This document shows positions 1-12,700 of a stretch of DNA of 64,000 nt, one piece after another. The notes beneath the pieces are model-generated. The model made no database searches, was not told the DNA's origin, and saw only the letters and a program-made list of their open reading frames with translations. Position numbers and translations under genes: made by a program. This stretch comes from Hydrolagus affinis (Eukaryota), in NCBI GenBank assembly GCA_012026655.1, contig JAAILG010001616.1, positions 1 through 64,000 on the forward strand. The letters run 5' to 3'. How positions within the stretch are numbered: the first letter of the stretch is position 1; every line of letters begins with the position of its first letter.

Positions 1-243
1 AGGAAGGAGAGGAAGTTTTTTTTAAACAAAGGTAACTAATCTAGTACACATTTCTGCTGGTCAGTAAGCTTATCAACCATAATGTGGGGTTATCCTTATA
101 ATGATAATCGCCTGGCTGAGAGGATCTAATTCATTATAGAAAGAGACCAAAGGGTGGTTACTTTTTGATCAGAGTGTACTATTTATAGTTATAAATTATG
201 TTCCCATTACAAGCACACCCTAACGACAATAGTAACTTTATTG

Positions 244-484
244 ACAACAACAATAAAATTGCATTTATAGAGCGCCTTTCATGTCGGGAGGACGTCCCAA
301 GGAGCTGAATAATCAGAAGTTGGGACCCAAGCATGGGGTGGGGGTAGGGTGGGGGGGAGGGGAGGGAAAGAGGTGGGTGGGCGGCAGAAGGCATGATCGA
401 AAAGGAGAGTCTTGAGACTGTCCTTGAAGAAGGCGAGGGAGGAAGCGAGGTGAAGGGGCTGTGGGATAGAGTTCCAGAGTACAT
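244..484 (-). mobile_element. L2-type LINE 3' fragment
   Basis: Encodes LWNSIPQPLHLASSLAFFKDSLKTLLF; 3' UTR ...CCTTGGGACGTCC...AAAGGCGCTCTATAAATGCAA and (TTG)n tail. Confidence 0.85.
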
Positions 485-553
485 TGACCAATGTAATTTC
501 ACTCTTGTTTAATTATAATACGTCATTTGCATGGTGCTATTTGTGTTTTGTAG

Positions 554-754
554 GTGCTAAATTTATCCGGAATGTCGACATCACATTCTATCCAGGCAAC
601 GAGAGGTTAAATATAATACAAGTTGCTCAGGGTCTGGATACACAGAGCTATCTGAATGTTATCACAGAGATTGAGGGCCACCTCCCTGTTATACCCTATG
701 GTGCTTCAGTTCAGATCCAGCCATATAGGGATGTCTACCATCACTCCAACTCAG
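554..754 (+). CDS. NID2: NID2 exon, G2 domain ([19 protein letters not shown]...YHHSNS)
   Basis: tttgtag|GT...TCAG|gtatgg; 201 nt, phase 1-1; within ORF 484-837. Confidence 0.92.
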
Positions 755-3700
755 GTATGGAAGGACAATTGTCTTTGTTGAATTACGTGGCCGATCTGGG
801 CAGAAATATTCTGATGATTGTTTCCAATAAAAAATAAACCAATTTTACATTATACGCCTGTGTTTAAGAACTCAGCAGATAGGCTGACATATTGCTAATG
901 ACACCCAAATAAAAACACAAAACATAGAAGGCAGTTGATAATGTGTTTGCCATTGTTTTTGTTTGATTTGTAACTTTCTTTAATCCTTAAAATGGTTGTC
1001 AGATGCTTCTCATCTCTGCAAACTTCTTCTTCACAGTTTTGACATCTACAGCCAAAAGAGAGTATTCTGTTCTTTCCAGTAATGGTGAGACACAGACACT
1101 CAGATATGATTTGAGACAGAATATCACATTCCATGACTGTGAACGCACATCCAGGACTTTCGCAACCACTCAACAACTGAATGTTGCTCGTGTTTTTGTG
1201 TTATATGACCAGAAGGAGAAAGCAGTTAGATATGCAATGACTAATGAGATTGGCTCTGTCGAAGGTAAATAACTCATTATTCTCCTTCATTTCTTTTACT
1301 ACCGATCTACACTGGAATACTGCTAGGAAATTTTATGTAATGCAGTTGTGTACTTTGAATGATGAGGCTCTGGATAGACAGTAATAAATGTGCAGTTAAC
1401 ATTTTAAAAAAAACACTATGGTCCCATGCTGTTGGAATTGAGGAGTCAGCAGTCAATGCAAGGAATTGCAAGTTGAACAACACAGCTACTTGCACCTGCT
1501 GAGACAGAAGCATTGTTCAACAGAACCTTGAACAATGCATTTAATTTCTTCTCACCAGTAACACTGTTTGCAAGCTTTCCACCCCCTGCCTTCCTTTTGT
1601 TCCTTCATGTATAGAAGGTATTTGCACAAATGTTGAGCAATAAATGGACATTCATAAAGGCGGCGGGGTGTGTGTGTGGTGGGTGGGGTCGTGTGTGTGG
1701 TGGGGGGGTGGGGGGGGGTGTGGTGGAGAGCATTGGGAAAAATGTCCTAACACCAAGGTCATTCTGAAGGGGGAAAGAAAGAGACTCCATACAAGTCTGA
1801 TCTCAACAAAGCTCTTTTACTGTGAGTAAGTGAATAAATTGGCTACAGGCCTGAGGTCAGGAAGTCAAAGGATTTAATGGATGCTATAAAGTGTCTGGGT
1901 AAAACAGATCATGAGAATGGTAATGAGCTTCCAAAATGCACAAGGCTTTTCCACTGAAGACTGTTGTGTAGGAAAAAGAGTTAAGTGCTTGGTACAGGAA
2001 CATAAACTGAAAATTTGTACCATAAAGAAGTGGGTTATAATTGCTTTTTATAACCCACTTCCTTTGCATTTTTACTAATTACTATATTTCTCGGTAGTGA
2101 GCTATTTAGCAAAGAGTTACTGTCTTCATCTCTTTCACAGAAAATTTCCACCACTTGTAGTTTTGCAATTGACATCTTTCATTCTACTAAATAAAGCATT
2201 TCTACAGTGTTTTCTTTTTCTAAACAGACTAAAAGAAACTCAAGTGTGCGGATTGTTGTACTGTATTTACAATTTAATTGCTGTTAGTCATAGGGAAGTG
2301 TCCAAAAAATGGAACCCTGTATGATCAGGAGAGTGGCATATTTAAAACTGCTGTTTATTATGATTACAAACAAACCTCAAAGATGTGTCCAGCTGTGAGT
2401 GAGGACATCTCCCTAGATGGGAAACATTTTGGAGACTTAGCCTCACCTGAGAATAGTTGTGTTGCTGGAGTTTCATGATTAATTTCCAGGAATGGTTATT
2501 CTTCTGTGGTTCATGGACACATAACAACAACTATAACAACCACAACCGTACATTTATAGAGCACCTTTCACATCAGGGGGATGTCCCAAGGTGCTGAACA
2601 GTGAGGGGTTGGGACCCGAGCAAGGGGAAGGTTAGGGGTGAAGGGAAGCAGAGAGATAGGGGGGCAGCAGAAGGCATGATCAAAGAGGAGGGGCTTGAGA
2701 CTGGCCTTGAAGCAGGCGAGGGAGGAAGCGAGGCGAAGGAACTGTGGAATGGAGTTCCAGCGTGAAGAGGCAGGGAGGCTGAAAGCCTGTCCACCGCGGG
2801 TAGGGCGGGTCGGGTGGGGGACATGGAGCAGACTGGAGCCCACTGAATGGAGTAGGCGGGCAGACTCATAGGAGGACAGCAGGTTGGAGAGATATGAGGG
2901 AGCAAGGCCATGAATGCTTAAGAGTCTCAGAATGGACTGCCGTTTCGCCACAGGGTATGGAGGCTGAAAAGGTTGATTTTGTCTGTGGCAACTGAATGTT
3001 CTTTGTTGCCGTTATTCCTGCCAGTATAACATACTCTATGGCATCAGCTTCTTTAATCAGTTCCAGGTCATTGACTATAATCTGCCTGTTTTACTGGCTC
3101 TGCAGGTTTTTGGTTGAATGATATCAGTATCCTGTTCTGTCAGATATTCCCTTTGTTTTCTGGTAATCATACACATGGTTTTATAGAATTAAATCCGCTT
3201 TCTTAAATCTTATATTTCCTCTTCAGGAAAAATATTTAAAATGTAATTCTTTTCTGTGTGTCATTGACAGATCATTTGGAGCCTGAACCTGTGAATCCGT
3301 GTTATGATGGAAGTCATGATTGTGATGTCAATGCTCAATGTTCCCCTGGAGCTGAACGAGCCTATCTTTGTAGATGTGCAGAGGGATACCAAGGAGATGG
3401 CAAAGTTTGTACTGGTGGGTGAATACTGCAGCATTTTTGCTCTGAGTTGGTGAGGAGATACGCCAGCGAGATTTAAAGATTCAGTTTACCTGCCCCTTCC
3501 CCAGGGAAAACAACTATGGGCTTACACAAATAACCCATTGGAACCTATACAACAATAACAAAATTATATCTACAGAGTGCCTTTCGTGTCCGGAGGACGT
3601 CCCAAGGCACTGAACAGTCAGGGATTGGGGCCCGAACGTGGGGGAGGGAGAGAGTTGGGAGGGCGGCGGAAGGCATCATCGAAAAGGAGGGTTTTGAGAT

Positions 3701-6700
3701 CGGCCTTGAAGAAGGCAAGGCAGGAAGCGAGGCGCAGGGACAGTGGAATGGAGTTCTGGAATGTGGGGGCAGAGAGACTGAAAGCCCGGGCGGGTCGGGC
3801 GCAAGTCATGGAGCAGACCAGAGCCCGCTGAACGGAGGGGGCGGGCAGGTTGGCAAGGAGTTTAGACAAGAAAACAAGCCATAGAAGTAGCAATATTCAA
3901 AGAAATTGTAAATAATGAGAAAGTAGAGGAGAATAGGACTTCTCATTTCCAGATATATTAGGTGTTAGAATCAGTGAATCAAAGAAAATGCAAGGGTTAG
4001 TATTTGTCCACTGCCAACAATGTCCACTCTTTACCAAGCAAAAAACATGTTTACACCTATTCGCAACAGTGTTATACCCCAATTATTTTACATCTCTGAT
4101 GTTTGTGTGACACAATCTTTTGCACTGCGTCACTGCTGGTAGATTGCTGTGCATTACATTTTATTGCTATGGTATACAGTAATGTAACATCTTGGCACAT
4201 ACCCTAACTATGAAGCTATTTTTCAGATCCTTTATGATGAATCAACAATCGTCCAGTCTTCCATCTATTCCTCATGTGATTCATTTGTTTTGCCAGTTCG
4301 TTGGTCGCACAAATTGGACCGTTTTGAAACTCATTTAAGTACTGTACGACAAACGGGTAATTAGAATGCTTATTGCGGTTCGGAATGAGCCAAGACATTC
4401 TTCAAAAAGAAAAAAAAAGTTTGGACCTGCTCCGTCCAAATTGTGCTTTCTAAGTATTTAAAGCTGTGTTGATCAACTGGACCATTACATTACACGGCTT
4501 TGTAGGTCTTGCCTCTCTGACTTGCAAACTTGCCGACCTGTTGACTTACTCGCTTCCAGAGGGAATTCTATGGTAACCAGATTCTTGTTTCCTTCTCAGA
4601 CATTGATGAATGTGCTGATGGTGTTTACCCTAGATGCGGAAGCCATGCTGGGTGTGTCAATCTCCCCGGATTGTACAGATGCGAGTGTCACCACGGCTAC
4701 AAGCTTGCAGAGGACGGACGCACGTGTGTTCGTAAGTCTTCCAAGTGACTTGCTTTCCGTTTGGGCTCATTCCATTGTGTGTCTAACCAATTACAAACCT
4801 CACTGTTAAAGCTTTTCCTGTACACATTTAGCTGTTGTGATTTATCCATACAGTGCACTTTACAGTATATCCTGCAAAGGGTTTCGAGTCTTGACGATAC
4901 GATAAGGCGCTACATCAAATGCAAGCATTATGCAGTATTATTATTAAACCAGCATCAGTCTAATGTCAACAAACTTTCCTGCTCCAAAGGTCTGACCAAA
5001 TTGAGTAGCCCTGAAATTCACCATTTGAAATCCGACTTTACTTTTTGTTTCAAAAGCTGCATGCTTTTTTCAGGTATTTTAGAACTCCTGCCAAATCTGG
5101 CCAACGATCCCATCCCCAACATGATAGCCATTGTCTGGCTGTCTTTCTATGACATAATGATGGTAGCAAATTGACTGAAAATAGCTTTCACAGATTGTTA
5201 CCGCATTTTACAGATGAGCTCCCCAGAGGATAAGCTTCTTTGCTTTGGAGGCTTGGTTGAGTTTGACAACTCACTGACTACAGGAAGGGATACAGGCAGG
5301 GATTTGTTGGCATTGTGTCTAACCGTGATCTTATTTGTGACCTCAGGATAAAAGGTTGCACATGAATTGTTTCATCGTATCCCTCCAAGGACATGCTTGA
5401 GCCTTATCCCAAAATGTGCCCTGTAATCACCATTATGTTACAGCTTGTTGTCATTGTGGAAAGCAAATGTAACAGAAGATCTTTTACCCTCCTCCCCAAT
5501 CTAAAAACCTTTAGTCCTTTGAGGATTAAAGATGACATGTGTATTTTGCCTAAATTAGTTACAGCTGTTAGAGATGCAACAAACATGGAAAGAACTGGCT
5601 CCCTCGTGTTGATTAATCCCAAACCTTTTAGTTTGAAGAAATCAGCGTGAACCTAAACATCTTTTTACTGGCGTATAAATGCTGACTTGACATTAAAGAA
5701 CAGCTGAAGTAATTCCAACCCCCAAAATCCTGTTAAATTCAGAATGTAAATAGATTCTGTTATACGGGGGGGGGGAGGTGTCCGTTAACTTCTAAGTGAA
5801 ATAGATATGAAATCGCTCTTTTAACCCTTTTATTTGAGTTCCCACCAATTAGTATATTGAGTTGTGATGTTTACCTGCAGTGCATGCAGAACTGCTCTGA
5901 GACACCGTCCGGCACGGAGGGCGCTATATAAATCAAAGTTGTTGTTGTGTTGTTGTTATTAGAAAAAAGGGTCCATAGTCAGTCACAGTGAGGAAATAGT
6001 AATGCAGGTTTCTAAGCTAAGCAAAAATGACTCCCGATAACACCAGGAATGATCTCCTTTGGGAATGTGAAATGGCAGTAACACATGAATAAAGACCAGT
6101 TTGAAGATTCTCAGAGACCAACAGTGTAAAATGTATTCATCCAATCAGCCCCCTATCCCAGATTTATTCCTTGAAGAATAGAGGCACAATCATTGACAAA
6201 CCATTGTAACATAGACCTTTGATAATTGCTATCCATTGCCTCCCCTCCCACCCGCTCGAAAGTGAATCGGCACAGGCAAGATGGGCCAAATGGCCTCCTT
6301 CTGTGCTGGAATATTCTTAAGGACAAGGTAGGGGTTCCACTGTGATGATGCTTAACATTGCTGAATGTCCAAAGGTTCATGTAGTGAATGGCCACTTGAT
6401 TGAGCTCCAGAGTCCTACCGCTGTCACTCATGAAACTGCATTCCAGCACAAATCACTCCTTTATTGAGAGGAGAGGAAAATGAGAGGTTAAACAAAACTT
6501 GACTATGTGCCTCTGCTGTCTTCATTACAGTTGTTGATAAATGTACTGAAGGCAGATGTCACCCAGCTGCTACTTGCTACAATATCCCAGGCTCCTTCGT
6601 CTGTCAATGTAACCCTGGCTATGAAGGAGATGGTTTACAGTGCAGGCCTGGTAAGAATCCAGAACATAATGTTTATAGTAGCTCGGTTTCCTGTAAATGA

Positions 6701-9700
6701 ACCGTGGGATTTCCTGGAATGCTTTGTGTTATCGGATTCAAAAAAGGTTGAGTGGAGCACCTTCTGTGACATGTATGTACATTTAATCTGCAATGGATAT
6801 ATTTTACTATACGATTTTTAATTTAAAAACCCCCCACAAATTAGAAGAGATTCTCATTTCTATATCTTATTGTTGATCTCGAGAAGGCTTGCCAAGTTGA
6901 GTTGGTTTCTCCTGAAACTGCTCTGAGAATGTGGCCTGGAAGTGATTGAATTTAGTTTAATATGTTGGCCGTTCACTGACCAGCCCTGTGCTTGTGACTG
7001 CTCCTGAGCTGTCCAGCTGCAGAAATCCCAGCGTGGCAACTCCTCCGCCACTGAAAGTTGTGGTTTCAAACTTCATGTCAGAACATAGCTCTTAGTCTGA
7101 ATGCTGACATTTTGTTGTGATGCTGGGGGAGTGCTTGGCTGTTTTTTGGATGAGACAAACTGTGATCCCATTTGCCTGTTCGGACAAATCACTCCAAATT
7201 GCATGGAATGATAGAGGATGGAAACTGACCCAAATAATCCATGCTGGTGATTAAACTCTATACAAGCCCCCACACTTCCTATTTTCCTCCTATATTAATG
7301 ATCTTATGACATGAGTTGAAGAGAAGGGAGTACTTTCTGGAATTCTGGCCAATAATCCACAGATAAATTGGTCGTTCAACTCTTGTTTGTTAGTGTGTCT
7401 TTACTGGCTCAAATGGCTCATTTCTTTAATGACCAAACAATTTTGACATTGCTTAATTACTTGCGAAGCGACTTGAAAAGTTTGTTTCAATGTAATAAAG
7501 ACTTATAATAATGCAAGTTCTTTCCAGTTAGCAATACATTTTTAAATGTTATACTAACGTCTCTGCAACAGCTTCAAACACAAAGCAATCTTGATTATAG
7601 AACCCTTCAAAAATTGAACAAATTATCTTTAATCCTGGTAATCTTATTTGACAGATGAAAGTAATCTAATGTTCCAACCATGAATGCTGCATCTGCATTC
7701 CCTGCTTTTTCTTATATTAAGTGACTCACATATTTTATCTGGATTTAATGTGATTTGAAAAATTCCAATGTGCTTTTGCAGTGTTAACCCCCTATAAAGA
7801 ATATTTTCTAAATAAAATGTAGTTATTGTGTAAATGTGGACATTTGACTTCTTAATTAGATGTGTATTCGGTTTAAATATTTCTGGTATACACAGCCCCT
7901 ACACTTTGCAGTGTATTGCTTTAAGACTTTTGGGTGATGTAGTCATTTTCTGTATTGAACGCAAGGATTCTTAACACTGTAATAATGCTTTATGGATGTA
8001 TTTGATCTGAAGTGGTGTAATATCAAATGCACAGACAGTGTTTAATGCGAAATGGATGATCAGCAGGCCGTCCAAAGACCAAATGTGAGCAGGAGCGAGA
8101 CCAAATGCAAACTGGGTTCAGTCCACGTGGACCGAGACCACACCCTGGACGTTATGTCCCACAATGTGATGAAGAAGGAAAATTCACTCCACGGCAGTGC
8201 CACCAGAGTGTTGGCCAGTGTTGGTGTGTGGATGCCTGGGGACGGGAGATTGATGGGACAAAAACATCACATGGAAGTAATGCTCCACAGTGTGGTCTCC
8301 CAGGTCAGTCAGTGTTGTGTTCATTGAATATTCATTACCCTTAAAGTCAAGTACCGGAAACTGTTACACATAACATCAATGGAACATGGCTGCTTTAACA
8401 CATTTCAAATTTTGTGTGCATCACATGCCCTGCCTTCATTGTATAATTGTTCACTTTGTCTTCTTTAGATCAAGCGTTAGCAATCAGCGGTTTTCACCAA
8501 CCACTTTCATTTAGTTATACAGTAGTTAATATTCCTTTATTTTTTCCTTTTATGAGTTTCTTAGGCAGAGGAACTGATGGGCATTATGTGTCTTGCAGTG
8601 ATCTTAAAGTGGCAAATGTGTAAGACAATCTGAACTATTTGACAGGGCTATTCAATGCAGATTGAAATAAGGCAAGGTAGCCAAGGTAGGTAACATTGTC
8701 TACCTTTTTGATCGTTCTGTGTGGCAAGTGTCATGCAAATTAGTTGAGGGAAACCAATGTTAGGGACTAGGCAATTTTCTTATATTTTTCACTCAAGTTA
8801 TTGATCACATTTTAGGAGGAGGGCCTCGACATTTGTATCCTTGACCTTTGCAAGTTCCATTGCCCTCCATGTGAATGGGTGGAAAAGTTGAGCTTAAGCC
8901 AAGGTGTCAAAAAATGTCTCCATTGTTTTTATTCTGCTGTCGTTTGTAAAACTGTCCACATTTCCTTTTCATTTGCTCAGTTATTCCTGACCGTGAAAAG
9001 ACTGCTTGTGAGCATCAGCGGGAAAGATTGCAAGCCGAGTACAGCTCTCGTGGAGATAGACCCCATTTCACCATCCACATTCCCCAGTGTGATGAACATG
9101 GCAAATACAGGCCGATGCAGTGCCACACCATTGGGAACCAGTGCTGGTGTGTGGACGAATGGGGACGGGAAATTCCTGGAACCAGAAAGCCACCTGGAAC
9201 GGATCAGCTACACTGTGAGACGCCAGGTCAGTTAATGTAGTTGTCATTTTGGATGGTGATCAAGACTGGTATAATAATGGAGCAGTTCAAATTGTTCCAA
9301 GAATCTTTATGTATAAAGTGTGGCCAGCTGGAGATCCCTGATTACTTTTCTTGTTGTATTCACACAAGAGTGTAAGAAGATGTATTAATATGACCTAAAG
9401 TGAGCAATTTGACTGATGGAAAACTGATGGTTTGTAAAGTCAGAATGCCCCTCAATGCTTTTGTTTTGCAATAGTTTCGAAAAATCAATTTGTTTTCATT
9501 TGATCAGCATCAATTGAACGTCCCAAGACAGCTTGTGAGATGTAGCGAGACAGTGCGCTAGCGGAGTTTGGCCCACGTGGATCTTGGCCACAATTCGGGA
9601 GCTATGTGGCCCAATGTGATGACGAAGGCAAATACATTCCACTGCAATGTCACAGCAGCATAGACCAGTGCTAGTGTGTTGATGTTTGGGGCCGGGAAAT

Positions 9701-12700
9701 TCCTGGAAGCAAATCACTGTCTGGATCTGTTCCACCACAGTGTGGGCCGTTAGGTCAATCAATATTTTTTGCTTGGCAAATGCTGATCAATAACCCATTT
9801 GAATGCAGGAACTTTTGCAGCTATCCTCGACTGGCTCATATGTTCAAACAAATCTATGGATGATGATGAGCTGGAAATCGAACCCATGTTTAAATTAATG
9901 TAGATTTCAGATCCATGGACCTGAGTGTCACTTTGGACCCGATCTGCCCCTGTAATGCCATGAAGAAAACAACTCGTTTGATGGGGTGCAGACTCGTGGG
10001 ACCCAGAGATTTCTAATTCAAGTGTTTTTCTGGTTAAAGTCAATCACAGTCTGAGTTGCCAGGACAGTCAAAGCTTAGCTTTGCTGCCAAAGCATAGATT
10101 TCCATTGAATACCAACATTTGATTTGAATCTGACAGAACAAGGATTTAACACAGGGTCTAGGAGGTAATGTCCCATAGACGAATCAAGATTTTTTGTATG
10201 TACTGTAATAGGGTGGAGAAAAGCATAAGACTGATGAGCTGAATAGATAATATGTCATTTTTATAGTAATCTGTTTAGAAACCTGGTTTGGGACTGTTAG
10301 TAAAGTTAACTGCCGGTTTATTATGTCTGATATTCCACACGATGTTTGTGGCAAATAGGATGAGTTTATGAGAAGAAAGACAGCTTTAAATTGTCCATGC
10401 AGAGAAATGCTGATTTTAAACACAGCTGGAATGTAAACTGATACAGAGTGAAATACCACAGAGAATTAAAAGATGGAAGGAATGTTTTAAAATATTTTCA
10501 GGGCATATTTTGTCATAGAAACATGACCAGAAATTATCGTAGTTTTCAAATAAATTCAAACATGTTTGTCTGGATCACACTTTAAAAAAAAATACTTCTT
10601 CCAAAATCAGTTGTCCAAAAAAATCTTTACAAAAAATTATTTACAGTCAACTTTTAAAAATTGTAGCTGAATATTGGCATTTTGACATTCGTTTCCCATA
10701 GTTTTTACTGGTTAAACTAATTTTCCTGGAAACATATTATAACACTCTATTTGTAAAATACTCTATTCACATATTCCAGAAGTATATATGTGTGAAATTA
10801 AACCTTCTTTCCTGTAATTTATCATTGTCTTTGGTATGAAATTGTTATATTCCATCTACTGGTACACAGACGCACCAATTCACAATAACTCCTATGAAGC
10901 GCTTTGAGACACCGTGATAACGCGTTAAAGCACTACACAAATGCAAGGAATCTTAAAAATTATTGTTATAGATGCAATGAAGAGGAAGCTAGACCTTCAG
11001 ATGAGAGAGAGTCGAATAGAAGGATATGAGATAGAGTAATGCAATGGATGGAGACTCGTGTGGTTGGGCTGAGTCCAAAGCTGTTTCAACCATGTACATT
11101 TTTTTGTAAAAGTGTTATAGAGAAGCTGTCAAACTTGCCTTTGATTTGCAGCAACAAGACGTCCAAAGACTGCATGTGAGGACCAGCGAGACAGAGTGAA
11201 TGTAGAATACAGTTCATATGGAGCTCGACCTTCTGTTGGTTTCTTTGCTCCTGAGTGTGATGATGAAGGCAAATTCAGGCCACTTCAATGTCACAGCAGT
11301 ATTGGCCAGTGCTGGTGTGTGAATGAAAGGGGAGAGGAAATCCCTGGAACCAGAACCTTCCCCGGAGCTGATCAACCACGGTGTGGTCTTCCAGGTCAGT
11401 CACACTGGTTTCCTTTTTGAGAAGGAATGATTTTTAACCTGGAGTACGACATTATTCTCTTACTGATCTTCCTGCTTCTGTACCAAGAAAGGGAAACAAA
11501 TCTTTTTTAAATGTAATTAGGGCAGTGAAAATGCAAAGTCCTGTATCGACTTGACCATGGATAAAGGGAACGGTTTCCTTGAATCAGCTGGTCTTACAAA
11601 TCAAAATCTGTGATTTTATCCTTTATAAAAAAGATTTATATACAAGTATTTGCTGCACATAATTTATAGTTCAGTTAATTGAATGAATAGTTCAGTTTAG
11701 TTAGAATACAGAAATCCCAAACCATTTACATGCCTTATCTAACAATATAGATTGATTATGGATTGAATGCTGGATGTACAATAAAACTCGAATGAGTGTT
11801 ATCTTTATAAATCATACAATCGCTGAAGTTAAACAAGCACCCATGTTCCATTGAGTTTCCTATTAAAACCACTTTAATTTCTTTGACTAATAAATCACCT
11901 CCTAACTCATAAACTGCTCCCCGTATTCTCTATTATTCTGCCGTTTAAATTGGAGCTATAAACTATCTTTTATTAGTTCATATATCTCATTAAGCAATAT
12001 TGTAAATCAAAGTGAGGAAATTCTATTCAACGTGGCACATTAAAATGGATTTCAGAACCTACAACAAGCCCACAGACTCTGTGTGAACGATGGAGAGAGA
12101 TGTCAGAAAATAGCAGGACATCAGCAGATCAGTACATCCCCCAATGTGACGATTATGGGAACTTTAGACCCATGCAGTGTCGTGGAGACCGTGTGTGTTG
12201 GTGTGTGGGTAAAGATGGTCGAGAAATTCAAGGAACTGGAACCCAGACTGGCATTCTTCCAGCATGTGAGAACTTTTTTTTCATTCTGGTAGGGAATAAA
12301 ATTGTTTTTTATTTAAGAGAAACTTGAAGAAGAAAATAAATCCGCTAAATGCCAAGCATGGGAAATGTATGAGGAGAGGGGGCACCAATCTGCCAAAATT
12401 ACTAGTAAGAAACAAATGATTGGAAATGATTGGTTAGGTCAGAACTGCGAATGGGAGGTGGCTGGAGCTTTTGATGTGGCTCTGATAGCAGTTCATATTA
12501 CAGGTATTTAAATGGGGGGGATCACCTCTGATAATTTGATACTATTCACTTTAATGAATGAATTTGGACAAGATGGGATGTGCATGTCAGTGTAAAACAA
12601 TGTCAATGGGAATAGTTCTCTTGCCCTCACTGGTTAGACAAATGCCATGAGTATGAATATATGTGTACATCTAAACAGATCTAAAGCTTTATGCCCACTC

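Noticed and set aside
2568-2951. 127-aa ORF, and similar ORFs at 279-491 and 3618-3893, as host genes
   Set aside because: They are L2 ORF2 C-terminal remnants.
5102-5233. Faint resemblance (HDSHC...HNDGS...LPHFTD) to the missing EGF exon
   Set aside because: Only one Cys, an internal stop and no phase-compatible splice sites; indistinguishable from chance by eye.
9543-9674. Selenocysteine recoding of the pseudo-exon stops
   Set aside because: Both are TAG, not TGA, and neither aligns with a Cys position.
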